A DNA stretch of 57,132 bases, counting the filler, from Ionaspis alba (Eukaryota): NCBI GenBank assembly GCA_964255285.1. It is 4 parts of 4 records of this genome, joined end to end, with 100 filler letters (N's around TTAATTAATTAA, not from the genome) between each part and the next. Parts side by side here need not be neighbours in the genome. Positions count along the whole stretch, not along the records: positions 28,641 to 42,840 come from CAXUUL010000432.1; positions 42,941 to 57,132 come from CAXUUL010000433.1; 2 more parts are not named here. One strand, 5' to 3'. A program made the position numbers and the translations under genes. Position 1 is the stretch's first letter, and each line of letters opens with the position of its first letter. The notes beneath the pieces are model-generated. The model was not told the DNA's origin, made no database searches, and was given only the letters and a program-made list of their open reading frames with translations. Below, piece after piece: positions 36,771 to 49,400 of the stretch.

Positions 36771-38498
36771 TCAGTCCTCTTTGACCTCAGTGTCCTTCGC
36801 ATCCACCATCTCAAAATCATGCTCTGCATCCTTCTCCTTGTTCTTTGCATCCTCTTCCTCCTCATCGTCAGTATCCTTCATCTCTTCGTCCCCATCAACA
36901 CGAGCTCTGTGCTTTCCACGAAGCTTTACCTCCCCAGGAAGAATCTCACGCAGGCTCAAATCAACCTTGTCAACCGTTTCTTCTTCAGCACCAGGGGCAT
37001 TAGCCGCCAATCCGAGTTGAGCCAAGTGCTTGCCACGACGAGGTTTGAGCTGGATCTTCGATTTGATGGGATAGAAGTAGGCAGCCTTCTGGCGAGGAGC
37101 AGGTCCTTCTTCGTCTCCAACGGTGGCAGCGTGGGCGATATCATCCTCGTTCTCGGAGTCGTGGAGCGCAATGACGACTTCCTCATAGGGATCCTTAGCC
37201 TGAGTGCGTAAGCCGGTTTCATAGTCGCGGACGAGATCGTAACGGAAAGAGTCCTTCTCGCCGCCCTCGGAAACGTTGGTGTACAGCGCGGGATCGGTAT
37301 GGTCAGGATCATGCACATCAAACTTCTTCTTGATGTTCTCCACCTTTGCGTCCTCGTTTGGAAGATAGAAGCTGTAGGTGAAGGGCGGAGGACCAGGGTG
37401 CGGAACGTGTTCGCGGTCGGCTTTGTGAGCTTCGTGCTTGGTGGTCCATTGCGCGATCTGCTCATCACCGAGAGCGTGGTGACGAAGCAGTCCAACATCC
37501 ATGCGCTCATCGTGTTTGTCAGTGACGTCGGTGGGCTGACCAGCGATTTTCAGGACAGTGTAGCCTCCATCATCAGTGAAGCCATCGAGATCGGGAATGA
37601 GAGGATAGAAGTCGACGGGCTTGAGGTGAGGTTTTGTGGGATGAACGGGATTGTTCCATGCATCGAGCTCTGCTGGAGTGGGGTTGGCTCCACGCACGTT
37701 CTCCTTCGTGTCTGGCCCTTTGTACGCGTCTTCGGGGTTGGCAATGTCGAAGCTTTTGATCACTTCGCGTAGCATGTTCTGAGGGTCATCTTTTGAGTAA
37801 TGCTTGGCCGGACGACGCTTTGGTGGATTGGCAGCATTCGCAGCAGCTGCTGCTGCACGACGTCCTGGATCTTCTGCCACGTATTGAGTGCGACGTAAGA
37901 AGCTGATCCCACCGGCTTCGGTTTTGGGTTTGCCCATAGACTTGAGAGGTCGTAGCAGCTTACGGTCGCGTGGATGGACGGGAGGTGGAACGAGCGGTGC
38001 TTGAATAGCTATATATATACGATCAGTAAAGTGAACGTCTGGTCGAGTTTTGCAATGGCCAAGTGCATTGGGTCACATACAGCTCTCGTCACCATGAAAG
38101 ATGCCGGGCATCCCAACCAAATCGATCGGCATACCCAAAAAGGCATCAGCTTCAATGTTCGGAGGCTGCTCGCGGATGAGACGGTTGGCGTAGGCCGGTG
38201 AGGTATACTTCGAGAGACCTTCATACGGAATCTCGAGAAGCTTCGGAGCTCCCGGTGGAGGTGGAAGAGCATTGCTGTAGCGTTGACGAACAATGTAATC
38301 TTGGTGGACGACGCGCTCTTGACGTTGACCTTTGGGGTCAGCCATGGTATCAGTATCCTCGAGAGTGGGCTCGGGCGGAGTGTAGTGTTCGTCGTTCTCA
38401 AGAGTCTGGTCTGAAGGTGTGATCTCTCCTTCGTCGAACTCGATCTCAAACACACCTTCGACAGGAATCGAAGCTGCTTTGCCGGTGTTGTCCGCCAT
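36771..38498 (-). CDS. PAF1: RNA polymerase II-associated factor Paf1
   Basis: HQDYIVRQRYSNALPPPPGAPKLL, DAFLGMPIDLVGMPGIF and SFLRRTQY. Intron near 38000-38077. The start is either 38498 or 38345. Confidence 0.92.
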
Positions 38499-38817
38499 TT
38501 TTCGAAGCACTATGGAAGAAAGACGGACCGGAACGCTTGGCTCTGTCTGAGTGGAGGGTGAAGCGAACAGGCTAAAACTTTTGTGTGTGGACATTAGGGT
38601 TCAGCAGAGGCGCGCATGAAGTCTTGGCGATCTACGCGACTTCAAAGACTATCAAAGCATTCAAGGCAACACAGCTTTAGAATAGAGTCCAAAGCCCGTG
38701 TAAATCGGTTTGAGAGCTCAGCTCTTGGGTACTGCAATGATTCAGATTGTTTGCTGAATTATCTTTTGCACCAAATCTAGTATGTTACCTAGAACTACCG
38801 ATTTGTAAAGCAAATAA

Positions 38818-41151
38818 CTACCATGACCACATACACTTATATGGCAAGAGTCTTGCTCCCAGCCTATCATATTCCATCCGACTAATCCAGCTATCGTTCG
38901 TTCCTCTCAGCTTGCCAAAAACACTTGCACCTTTCCAGACTACACCCTGAGGATCTAATTCCCTTGGTGGAGTACCAATCATAATGTCCTTCGCAAATCC
39001 AGGTCGCGTAAGCTTCAACTTCTCCTCAAGAAATGTGTAAAAGCCCGGGATCTGAGACCCGCCTCCAATGACCATAATGCCGCCGAGGAAATCTCGGGTC
39101 TTTCGTTCCTCGTTTCGTGCACCGTGTAGGATAGAAGTCAGGATAGCAGTATCGAGGCTGATGATCGGGAGGACGTCATCTCTGACAGAGGCGGCAAGAG
39201 TATTGACCGAGTCCTTCACATTTCCCTCATTCGCTGGTCCTGGTGTCTCGTCGCCTTCTGGCGCTGGGGAGCCAAGATTGGAGGATGGCAGATTCTCTGG
39301 TTCGGCAAATCGGCTGAGCGAGCCAGGAAGTTGACGAACTGGAGTCGACGCTGCGAAGCTGCCACTAGTATCACCGTTCGTAGATGTGTCTTGCCCATTA
39401 GTGCGTATTTGTGGACTAATCATCTGCATGATGGCAGACTGAGCAGATGATACGGGATCATTTGGCGATCCGTCATAAAGGTCCTGAGATGGCCCTATGA
39501 GCTTCCGCCGGCCCTTAAGCTTCTCTGAATGATCAAACAACGAGGGCTGGAAGAAGCCCTGTGGTGCTAAGAGGACTTCGTCGTATGTTTTGAAGGTGTA
39601 TTTTCTGGTATCCTGACCAAAAACTCTGAGGTGAAAGTCGAATAGCTGGACACTTATGTCGGTTTCATTCATGGTGAGAAATTTGGATTTGATCTCTTCG
39701 GCGAGTAGGAAATCGTAACGGCGCTTCAGATTGATGTCTGAATATGGAAAGTGATCAAAGAGCATCATTCTCATGAACGTATCAGTGACATCCCATCCAC
39801 CATATTTGATGTTTACTCGAGAATTCTCGACACACATGCCTTCTTCGACACAGCATACTGAGGTCTTCTGAGCTCCAATATCTACCACACAAGCCTGGGT
39901 ATAGCCGGCACCGAAAGTAGCAGCAAGACTCTCCTGGATAAAACACACCCGGCCAAACCCAAAATCTCGCATAAGCATTTCGAGGATTTGAATCACATAC
40001 TGTCGTTCGTATAGATCAGGAATCACAAAGACACAGCCGCACTGAGCCCAGTCCCTCTTCTGCCGAAGATTCAACTGTTGTTTGATTGCCTCCTCTATGA
40101 TAGTCGATATGTCCTCATACAGTAGAGTCTTGCTGTCGTAATCGTTTTCATTGTACCAGCCCCTTTGTAATGGCCAGAAAAGTTTGTACCTTGGTCGAGA
40201 ATCATCTGGGATCCTCAGAGCCTCTTTCCCTGTGAATACCTCGGGTGCTTCCCTAGGATTCTTTGGAATCTCCGTCCAATCAATTCGCAATGGATCGTTG
40301 TGCTCGGAAATTATCTCTGGTACTGTCCGCTTGTTATAGTTGACCACAAGCTCTTTAGAATTAGGTAAGACTCTCCGCTTGTTAGCCCGCATGTGTATCT
40401 TCAGGTCAGCGCACATTGTGTTGTATTGTGTTGCGAACTGCTCTAGCATCAGCATATACGTTCAGCCTCTGGAAGTTGGTACCATACATCCTGACCAAAC
40501 AGTTTCTCCGGCTCGGGATAAGATCCATTTTCTAGCTTTTGCCTTTTTGGGAGAGGTTCTGCGCCGTGCTCCTCAGACTCGCTGCATTTCCATTTCCTAG
40601 CAACCACCATTGGTACTGTCTTGGGAAGTGCATCACTTGCAAGCCCAATTCGTAGGTTCTGACTACCAGGATGTATTACAATAACTTTGCTTCCCGAAGC
40701 GTCTTGATCGCCAGATGTACCTCCGAGCTCATCCAGACCAGCCTCATCGTCGATATCCATGTCAACATCAGGAGGAAGCTCATTTGGTCGTGCTTGAGCA
40801 AGTGCTCGATCTCGGTCCTTCGCATTTGCAGTCATACGGTTTCGACGCTCCTCTTGGAGCAGACGTAGTGGTAGTATCTGGTCGTCACGCTTCAGGTACT
40901 CCCTATGGCGCAGAGCAATCAGCATCATTCCAAACTCGTGAAGCAGCAGTACTGCGCAAATACTCTAGGCGTACTCACGTGTAATAATTCTTCTGGTTGA
41001 TCATGTTGACCTGAGGCCAGGAGGTGAGGTCCATATTATTGTCAGTCCTCTCAAGACCTATAGCCCTTCTGTTAGATTTAATTTTGTAGCGAATTGAGTT
41101 GTTCTTACCCTCCTCCCGTAGGAGGGCCTTTCCAGATTTTTTGCCCACCAT
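38818..41151 (-). CDS. ARP8: Actin-related protein 8 (INO80 complex)
   Basis: MVGKKSGKALLREEG, INQKNYYT, IVIHPGSQNLRIGLASD, IQESLAATFGAG, VVDIGAQKTSVCCVEEG and WKGASVF. Three introns. Confidence 0.95.
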
Positions 41152-41704
41152 ATTGAAAATGACATGAGCTTCTGGCGACTCGAATAATGCCTCAGAAATA
41201 TCTTATTGACTGAGTGTTCTCACGTAAGTGCACCCCCACCAAAGACGGCTGTATGTTTGTGACAGTCGCGCTCGGAATACTAGCAGGGTCCACATGCATG
41301 TCGTTCAGCGCCAAGAGCCACTCCCCGTAATTTACAGAGTGTAAGGGTCGTCGAGACTACGATATTCGCGTACGATTACCAGATATCTTAATGATCTTTT
41401 TCTAGTATGGTATCTCTATACCCGAAGCACTTGACTGGTTGTCTACGTATGACTATTTCTACACGTACAATGTTCTCAGAAGCAGGAACTCCAAATGACA
41501 GAAAGTAGATTATAGCCGCAGGTCAATGGGCAGTAAACGTCGAATGGATGGAGTAGGATCAAGATAGACTAAATAAACCACAAAAGCTACGCAAACCTCG
41601 ATACAGATACCCGCAAAAGAGCTGCAAATTGAGCGACCAGCGCCTTCCGCACAGAGGAATAAAACCCACTACTCTCACACATAGTCTCACAATTTTTCGG
41701 GCCA

Positions 41705-42840
41705 CTAAATGTCCTCTGGCGCCTCCACATCCGGACTCATGGGCAGATACCACAAACTGATTCTCGTCGCCAACTTCCAATAATCCTTCGGATCTGTCGC
41801 TCCAGCCTCGGGCTCCGACGACTCATGCGAGAACATCACCCCATTCCAGATATCGAAATGGCCCGATGCCGGCGCAGTACCACCAAACGCAATATCAAAG
41901 GCGATGATGCCGTTATGATTGACTAGCTCAGGATGATCGGCAGGGTTAAAATCCTCGCCAGATCTTTTGTTTTTGATGTCGAAGTCAGGCTCGCCCCAGA
42001 TGGTTGTGAGATATTTGCGCATTTCCTTGACGCGGATAGCGTATGGACGGCCGTCTTTGCAGATGATGGTCAGAAGGCCGTTGAACTTGCCGGGCTTCGG
42101 CAGGAGAACGCCAGAGTAATTCAAGCCGCGGGAGATACGCATGGTGCACGTGTTAGAGAACGCGCTGTTGTTGACCCAAGCGTCATTGAGAGCCCTGAGA
42201 ACTTCTGTGCTATTGGGATGCGAAGCATAGTCCCAATCTTCTCTCTGGAAAGTTTGGAAGTCTGGACGCGGTCGCCTTGCCCCGTTCGCAGCCACGTTAG
42301 ATGCTAAAATAGCACTTTCGGGCATTCCAAAGTTGAGAAGCACGGAACCTTCTGTGGTCGAAGCCTCGAGAGACGTCGGAGCACCATTGTCAGATGCTTC
42401 TTTGGCTGATTTGATGATGCTTTGAATGGCTGGGTCCTCGTGAGGGGCTTTGGCGGGCTGGGAGCCAGACATGTCCTGGAGCACTTGGACGGCTTGTTTC
42501 TCAGCTTCGGCATTAGGAATAAGTTGCTTGTCCTTCGCACGAGCAATGGAAGCCAACTTCTTGTCAGCGTCCGCGACAGCCTGCTGCTTGCCAGCGGTGT
42601 CGGCCATCTTGAGCGCTGCAGCAGATGCGCCAAAGCTGGTGGCGAGCGAAGTGGCGGCTGTCAGTCCCGCTGTAGCTAACTGCTGCGTTCCGGCAAGGCC
42701 AGCCATGTCACGGAATGCATTGGCGTTCTGCACAGCATTCAGGGCACCTGCCACCCCTTGAGGTCCAGGAGCAGGTGTAGCGTTGGACAGATTGATGATC
42801 GTGGATGGGAAGGGTGTGGGATCTGTCTTCGGTGGATCTG
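41705..42840 (-). CDS. 5'-truncated large protein ending in a Tae4-family (T6SS amidase effector, NlpC/P60-like) peptidoglycan endopeptidase domain
   Basis: The frame is open to the contig end. The C-terminal ~180 aa read RPDF...FSNTCTMRISRGLNYSG...DGRPYAIRVKEMRKYLTTIWGEPD...GIIAF...ASGHFDIWNG...ISLWYLP. This is collinear with the Tae4 pattern as I recall it (RPSF...NAC-x-IRMS...Y-x-x-RV...YL...G-x-PD...KGII...GH-x-x-LWNG...LW-x-LP). Confidence 0.85.
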
Positions 42841-42940
42841 NNNNNNNNNNNNNNNNNNNNNNNNNNNNNNNNNNNNNNNNNNNNTTAATTAATTAANNNN
42901 NNNNNNNNNNNNNNNNNNNNNNNNNNNNNNNNNNNNNNNN
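42841..42940. other. Artificial contig linker N44-TTAATTAATTAA-N44
   Basis: Same structure as the other linkers; 12-mer at 42885-42896. Confidence 0.97.
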
Positions 42941-43219
42941 CAAATAATGAATCGTTTAGGCTTGACTTGCGCCAACGACTTCTTGAGCAGCATATCCTGT
43001 AGCAAGATGACTAAGTCTGACGTTCCTAGGAGCTGGCTGTCTTTGAATATTGTCATCGAGCTGTGTGACTCATGTCTTCTCACGTAGGCCATAGCTCAGC
43101 TCCGCCGAGCGGAAACCAGTCTCAGGAATGTTGTACAGCGACAATTTCATATCTGATTCCATCTGGTAGACGAAGAGGCTTGGTTCTTCGTGTCCGTAGT
43201 GTAGCAGTCCGCGACAGCT

Positions 43220-43957
43220 TCAGGTTTTCTTCTTCATTTCACCCATCCAGATTCGCATCGCCTTTGAGCTGTCATGGGCAGATCGGAATACTATTGAGTC
43301 AATGTTCAGCCCAGGAGACCCAAGATAGTCAGCGTCTAGTCTACATACATTGCCTCTCCATCTCGTCCAGCCCTCTAAGAAATTCAACGCCTTGCCCCAG
43401 TGCTCCTTGAGTGTTGTGTGCGTGATCTGCTATCTGAGCAGCTCGTTTGCCAAAACTCTGAAGCACAGAGCATAACAGTCAATCCAATGTCCCTAGAACG
43501 ATACCCAAGAGCGTAGGGCATACCTCACTCAGAATCTCCGTCAACTCATCAATGACGTCCTCCTCTTCTTCGAACTCCAACGCCCTAGCCGCCAACTCGT
43601 AGAAATGGGGTGCCAAGGCTCGGAGATCCACAGTCCGTGAATCGGCTTTCAGCGCATTGAGCACTCGGGGGGCGAGTGAGGCCGGCAATTCGGATTTGAC
43701 GAACGTTGATGGCCCTACCTTTTGAAGGCCAAGGAAGCCCCCGAGCCATAATGGGATTGAGACATGGCTGCCCTTCTTGATCTGGAAGCAGTCAGTATCA
43801 TACTAAAGAACGAGCCTAGACAGTGTGCTTTAGAGAGACAGACATCACCACCGGCATTTCCATTTATGTTACCCAAGCCAGGTACGTCAAATTGGAATGT
43901 ACATGGAACTTTCTGCGCGTCTGTCAGAATTGCGTCGATGTTGTAATACGAGCCCAT
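43220..43957 (-). CDS. PSF3: GINS complex subunit Psf3 (4 exons)
   Basis: MGSYYNIDAILTDAQKVPCTF, IPLWL, RVLNALKADSRTVDLRALAPHFY, KRAAQIADHAHN, FLRGLDEMERQ|LFRSAHDSSKAMRIWM. Confidence 0.93.
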
Positions 43958-44321
43958 CTTCTAGAGGTAGTGCAGCTCTCCCTGGTCTTTTGTTTCGGAC
44001 TTATTCTTCAACTGATAGGCTGCATTGTCCATAAGAACGCGTCTATTGGGTACGCACACGACGTCCGTATGATGTCGAAATTGAAAGCCATCCAGGGGAG
44101 GCTTGGCATGTAAATTTGGCAGAACTGAATTCTTGGTCGGTATAACATCTGTAGAACTAGAACTTCGGACACCAATTTCATACGATGTTAAAGACGCCTC
44201 AATGATTTTCAGCATTTGTTTACGGTGAATTTCTTGCCTGCATAACTGGATCGTCGGAAGGCCATGTCATGAGATCCAATCTCTCCTCTAAAATCAGCCT
44301 TGAGGCACATCCCACGGAAGG

Positions 44322-45781
44322 ATGACACGCTATGTGAATACTGCATGGACAAAAATTCCACTCGAATATCCAAAGTCATCCCTAACAGCGTTTTATGTTC
44401 TCTGGAAGTTTTTGTTACTTCTTGTGGCCATTGCTAGCCCTGGAGCCGGCTACGACACTTCGACTACTCTATTATCTCAACCTCAAAGTCTATTGACCAG
44501 CAAACTGGTCAGATGGGATGCCATTTACTTCACCGAAGTTGCCCATAGAGGCTACTTATTCGAGCAAGAATGGGCATTTGGCTGGGGTTATACGCACATT
44601 CTGAAGCTTCTGACTGACAGTATGTGAGATTGTTTCGACCATTGTTCAGGAGGCTTCTGACTTTATAGACTTATCGGTAATTGTGATATCGAGCCATATC
44701 TGGTCTGAAGCTTGGGTTGGATTGTTTTTGTCCTACAATAGTCATCTGGCTTCGGTCCTCATACTTCATGAATTGACTAAGGAGCTCTTCTGCTCACATG
44801 CCAGAGCTCCTCAGATTGCTTTCATCTCTGCGGCATTACATGTCATCTCTCCTGCTGGCATGTTCCTTCTTGCACCTTACTCTGAAAGTGTTTTCTCTAT
44901 GACACAATTTGCGGGCTACTTTTGCTATGTCAAAAGCCACTCGCAACAAGGAGCTAAGAATTTTCTCCGGCGAGAGGTATACATGCTCGCATCGGGATTG
45001 CTCGTTGGGTTGGCAACCACTCTTCGCAGTAACGGTCTGTTAAGTGGATTGGTCTTTGCGTACGAGGCGTTCGTGGATGGCATGAAGTTGCTGCAGGATG
45101 ACCTGACCGCTGCTAGACTGCGCAAGCTTATGGCCGTCGTACTTGCAGGATCGTTCGTAGCATCTGGCGCAGTCTTCCCTCAATATCAAGCCTACCAGGA
45201 GTATTGCCTCAGCAACAATGATCAGCTCAGGCCATGGTGCAGTCGAGCCGTGCCTAGCATATACCAATTCGTTCAAGCATACTATTGGTGAATACTCCAT
45301 TCTCATCCTGCGCGTATTACTAACAAGACATAGGAACAACGGCTTCTTACGCTACTGGTCCATCTCAAATATTCCTTTGTTTATTTTGGCTGCGCCCATG
45401 CTGGCAATTATGGTGAAGTCGTCCTTATGGGTCTGGGCGGAGAATGAACCAAGATTTCCGCCCGCTTCAGATACAGGACTAAGCCAGGAAGATGCCCTTG
45501 AAAGCAAAGGGTCAGACGTTTGGCACCTACTCCGCCGACTTTCGCTACCCCAAGTCGTTCTAGCTGTCATGGCTTTGACAAGCTCCCATGTGCAGATTAT
45601 CACGAGGCTTTCTTCCGCCTATCCGGTATGGTATTGGTGGTTAGCCATATCAATGGTTGATCGTCATAAAAGACCAACATCAGAAAAGAGTCAGATCTTT
45701 CCTTCAATAATAAACAAGTGGATGGTCATGTATGCTATAGTTCAGGGCGGTCTCTTTTCGAGCTTTTTGCCACCAGCCTAA
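44322..45781 (+). CDS. GPI18: GPI mannosyltransferase 2 (PIG-V/GPI18), 3 exons
   Basis: YDTST...RWDAIYF...GYLFEQEWAF, SPAGMFLLAPYSES, RSNG, VQAYYW|NNGFLRYW...NIPLF, HVQIITRLSS and FLPPA*. Confidence 0.94.
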
Positions 45782-46473
45782 TTTTACGGTAGATAGTGCC
45801 CGAGGAATAGGTGCATTTAATTACAATTATAAGCTCTTTCATGTAGTCCCATTGGTCTGATTCGTACTCGCCCCATCTCGACGTAGCAGAGCGGGCATCT
45901 GACGTACATGAGTCAGGAACCTTCTGGCTGCTGTGTAATCAGGCCGTAACAGCTTGCGTATGATTGGTGCCTGCAAATGTATAGGTAAATAGAAGCAGCA
46001 CACTTCTCAGAAATTTCCCTATTAGCTTTGAGGCGTAAACTCGAACATTTGAGTGCTGCGATTTCATTCTTATGAGTCGTTTGAGCGTTGCTCCTCTGCC
46101 TTGAACCTAGCAAATCGATCGTCCTGTTAAACGGCGCAGCAGATCGCGCTTGAGCCTCATCGGGCATCCCAGGGTCCGACACGCTTTCGGGCACCTGCAG
46201 CTTACATTCGTCGACGAACTGCGGCCAGCCGCTCCCACGTCGTTGTCTGAAAGAACCGAGAGTTACGGTTCGGAGGTCATCTGCACTTATCTCGGGTTGC
46301 ATCCACTTGAAGGACGGTAGATTACAACTTCCCCAATTACCTGTTGGTTATGAACTCAAACATTACAGTAGCTCGTGACATGTAGCTAACAGCTCTTACA
46401 GCTCTACAACAACCACTTTGTCCAAATTCGAACAAATTATCCCCGTCCCGCTTACTTCGAGAACCGCCTTGTC

Positions 46474-49400
46474 ATGGAGAATGGAAGGGAGAAATATGCA
46501 GAGATCCTCTCTTCGCTGGAAGGCACACGAGGCAATGACATGTCTAGAGCAACATCACCTGGTGGTGGACCTCGAGAGACTAATGGAGAGTCCGAGAGCG
46601 ATATGAAGCATACGCGCAGTCGCCCGCGAACTTATCCTTACTTTCGATACCTGCCTTACGCCGTAGAAGACGAATCGGAACGGCAAAGTAACTTCGAAGA
46701 GATATTGAAGCAACTATATATTGCAGTCGAAGCTGGAGACTTTCAGCCCGGTGCTATTCACTGGACGAGGGAGCTCAGAAGCTGGCTAGGTCTCAAATTC
46801 GATCCGACTAGAGAGCAAAGAATTAAGTTGGTGAGATTATACTATGAGCTTGCATTGGCGCCAGGTATAGACATCACGGTCTCCGAAAGATTCGCCAGCA
46901 TGTTCATGGTTTTGACCAAGTGAGCATTCTTCATGCATTCTGAGAACCAATACTGATGACGCTCTAGACGCAAGCATTACCTGCGGCCTGTCAAAGATAT
47001 CACTCTCGACTGGAGACCACTCTTCCGTGAACTCAAAGTCTTCGTTCTGCCTTCTGAGTCAGGTTTGATACAAGCTACAAACGTCAAGAGAAATTTCAGG
47101 ACGTTGACGAAGTTATGTACATTTGCTCAATTGTATTTCGACCCCAAAGAAATACCTGCTATTCTTGAGGAATTTCTCCCATACTACAACACCTCCTTCG
47201 TCGAAGGCGCATTCGTTGTGTCTGGTCTGCTCAATCTTCTACTCCCTACCTCGACTCCTCCTCCGGGAGATGACAGTCTTCAACCGCAGAATCACTTGCC
47301 CACCTTTTTCCATCTTTGGTCTTTGGTCAATCGATCTAAGGTCTTTGACACAACGTTCTTAGACCTATTTTCTAGACTGGCAAGAGACTCATTGCCTGCA
47401 GCTCATGTTCCCTTCTCCGAATATGGCATCTTTACCAAAGATCAATCAGCTCTCATTTTTACAGCTATCCTCCGACTCCTCGAGATTCCGGTTGGCCAAG
47501 CGACTTCACCTTATAGTTCCGCTGTCGACGCTGGTGCCGGACTAGGCATAATGCTAGAGAGAGACCCAAAGAAACATCCCATTGGCCATCAGATAGCGCG
47601 ATGGATAATCATGTCACTCTCCCCGGCGTGTCTTGATAAACAAGATTCCATCCTGTCCAACCTCGAAGGGTTGATTCAAGCGGTTGAGACATTCTTCCAT
47701 CCTTCGAACTCTGGTGCCTGGACCAGGACATTGTCCCAATTAGTCTATTACCTAGCCGATTTCTTTGTCATGAGATGGAATCGCGAGAAGAGTGGTGAGA
47801 TGGAGGTGCCCGATGATCGAAGATTGAACGGTGAACTGAAACGAAGGTTTGTTTTATGCCTCAGAGAAGTCATCTTCATGGGAATATACGCGAAGAGCGG
47901 AACAGCCATGAATTTCTCTTTATCGACTCTACAAAGTTTGGCGTATCTCGAGCCAGAGCTCATTCTACCTGGAGCACTCCAGCGAATATATCCGTCAATG
48001 CAGGGACTTGTCGAAGTACATCGGACAACGTCTTCACTACGAGCGTTGCAAATCCTATCGAGAATAATGGTCCGTACTAAAGGCTTCCGCTGCCACGTGA
48101 CTACTATGCTCGGGCTCGCGCTTCCAGGCATTGACGCCAACGATTTAGAGAAGACGCTGTACACTTTATCCTACCTGCAGTCGGTATGCTACAACATACC
48201 TTTTCATGACCTTACCAAGGGCAAGGACGAGATGAGTGGTAGTATGCTTGCTGTTGACTGGATTACTTCCGAAGTGGGACGAATGGAGCAAGAGGGCGCA
48301 GGCGTGGAGCTCGACTACACCAATGGTCTGAGTGAGGCTGACGAAGAAATGATATTAAGATCCTCAACGGCTAGCTTGTCCGAGTTCTTGAGCTCGTTCT
48401 TGGGTAGAGTCTTCACCTTGTTAGAAAACCTGCCTGATGCCTCAAGAATTCGCTCTGGCTCACCCGAAGAAAATGTTGTAAATACATTACCCGCGACATT
48501 TACACCGTTACTTGCCACACTCTCTCCGGAGCTGTACGACCTTGCCTTGAATAAGATCGCTGACTTTGTGGGAAATCATGTTATACACCAAGCCCGCGAT
48601 GCTATGGCCTTCATTTGTAATTCGCTTTGCAAGATCAATCCCGAGAAAGCACTGAAGCGCTTGGTTCCAATGCTAATCTCCTCGATATATACGGAGATAG
48701 ACGGAAACGGAGCAGCTTCAACTCGGAACACTGGGTCGGATGTTCTGCCAAGAGATCGAGGTCTTGTTTGGAATGTCAGTATGCTCAGCATGTGCGTGGT
48801 GCACGTTGGTGATGCTGTTCTGCCACATCGAAAAGAGCTGTTCGATATTGCGGTCTATATGCAAAAACATTGCAAGGGTATTCCAACTGTTCACGTCTCG
48901 AACTATATCCATCACCTTTTACTCAACCTCACAGGCACTTACACGGTGGATTTCTCTGTATATGAGGATGACGTTCTCAAGAGAGGGCTTGGACCTGCAG
49001 ACTGGGGACGAGCACCTGATCCAGACCAGCTGAACATCAAATGGCACGTCCCACGGGAAGAGGAAATCGAGTTCGCCATGCAGCTGTTCACGACTCAAGG
49101 GCAAGGTGCAATGCAGTCTTTGACCTCACTAATCGATGGGACTTCAGCTATCAAGAGAGACGGGACCAACAAAGCGTGGTCCGATGAGGTGTCTAGGAAT
49201 CTCGTTCTTCTACGGCTCTTACTTGCGGGTGTTGCTGTGCTATTCGACTCGAAAGCGGTATCTTCTGAAAGCCAAGAGCAATCCAACCAGGTCAATGGCG
49301 ATTCTGAGATGCTCCATGCTAATGGCCATGCACCTGAGGACATCGAGGACACTGCCACAGAGCCGAGTCTTGAAGTCAGTGAGGACGAAGAAGTTAGACC

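Noticed and set aside
41705..42840. Tae4 ORF as simple bacterial contamination
   Set aside because: It is contiguous, with no gap, with spliced ARP8 and PAF1, has no adjacent immunity gene or operon, and shows no obvious compositional break. A chimeric assembly is not fully excluded without reads.
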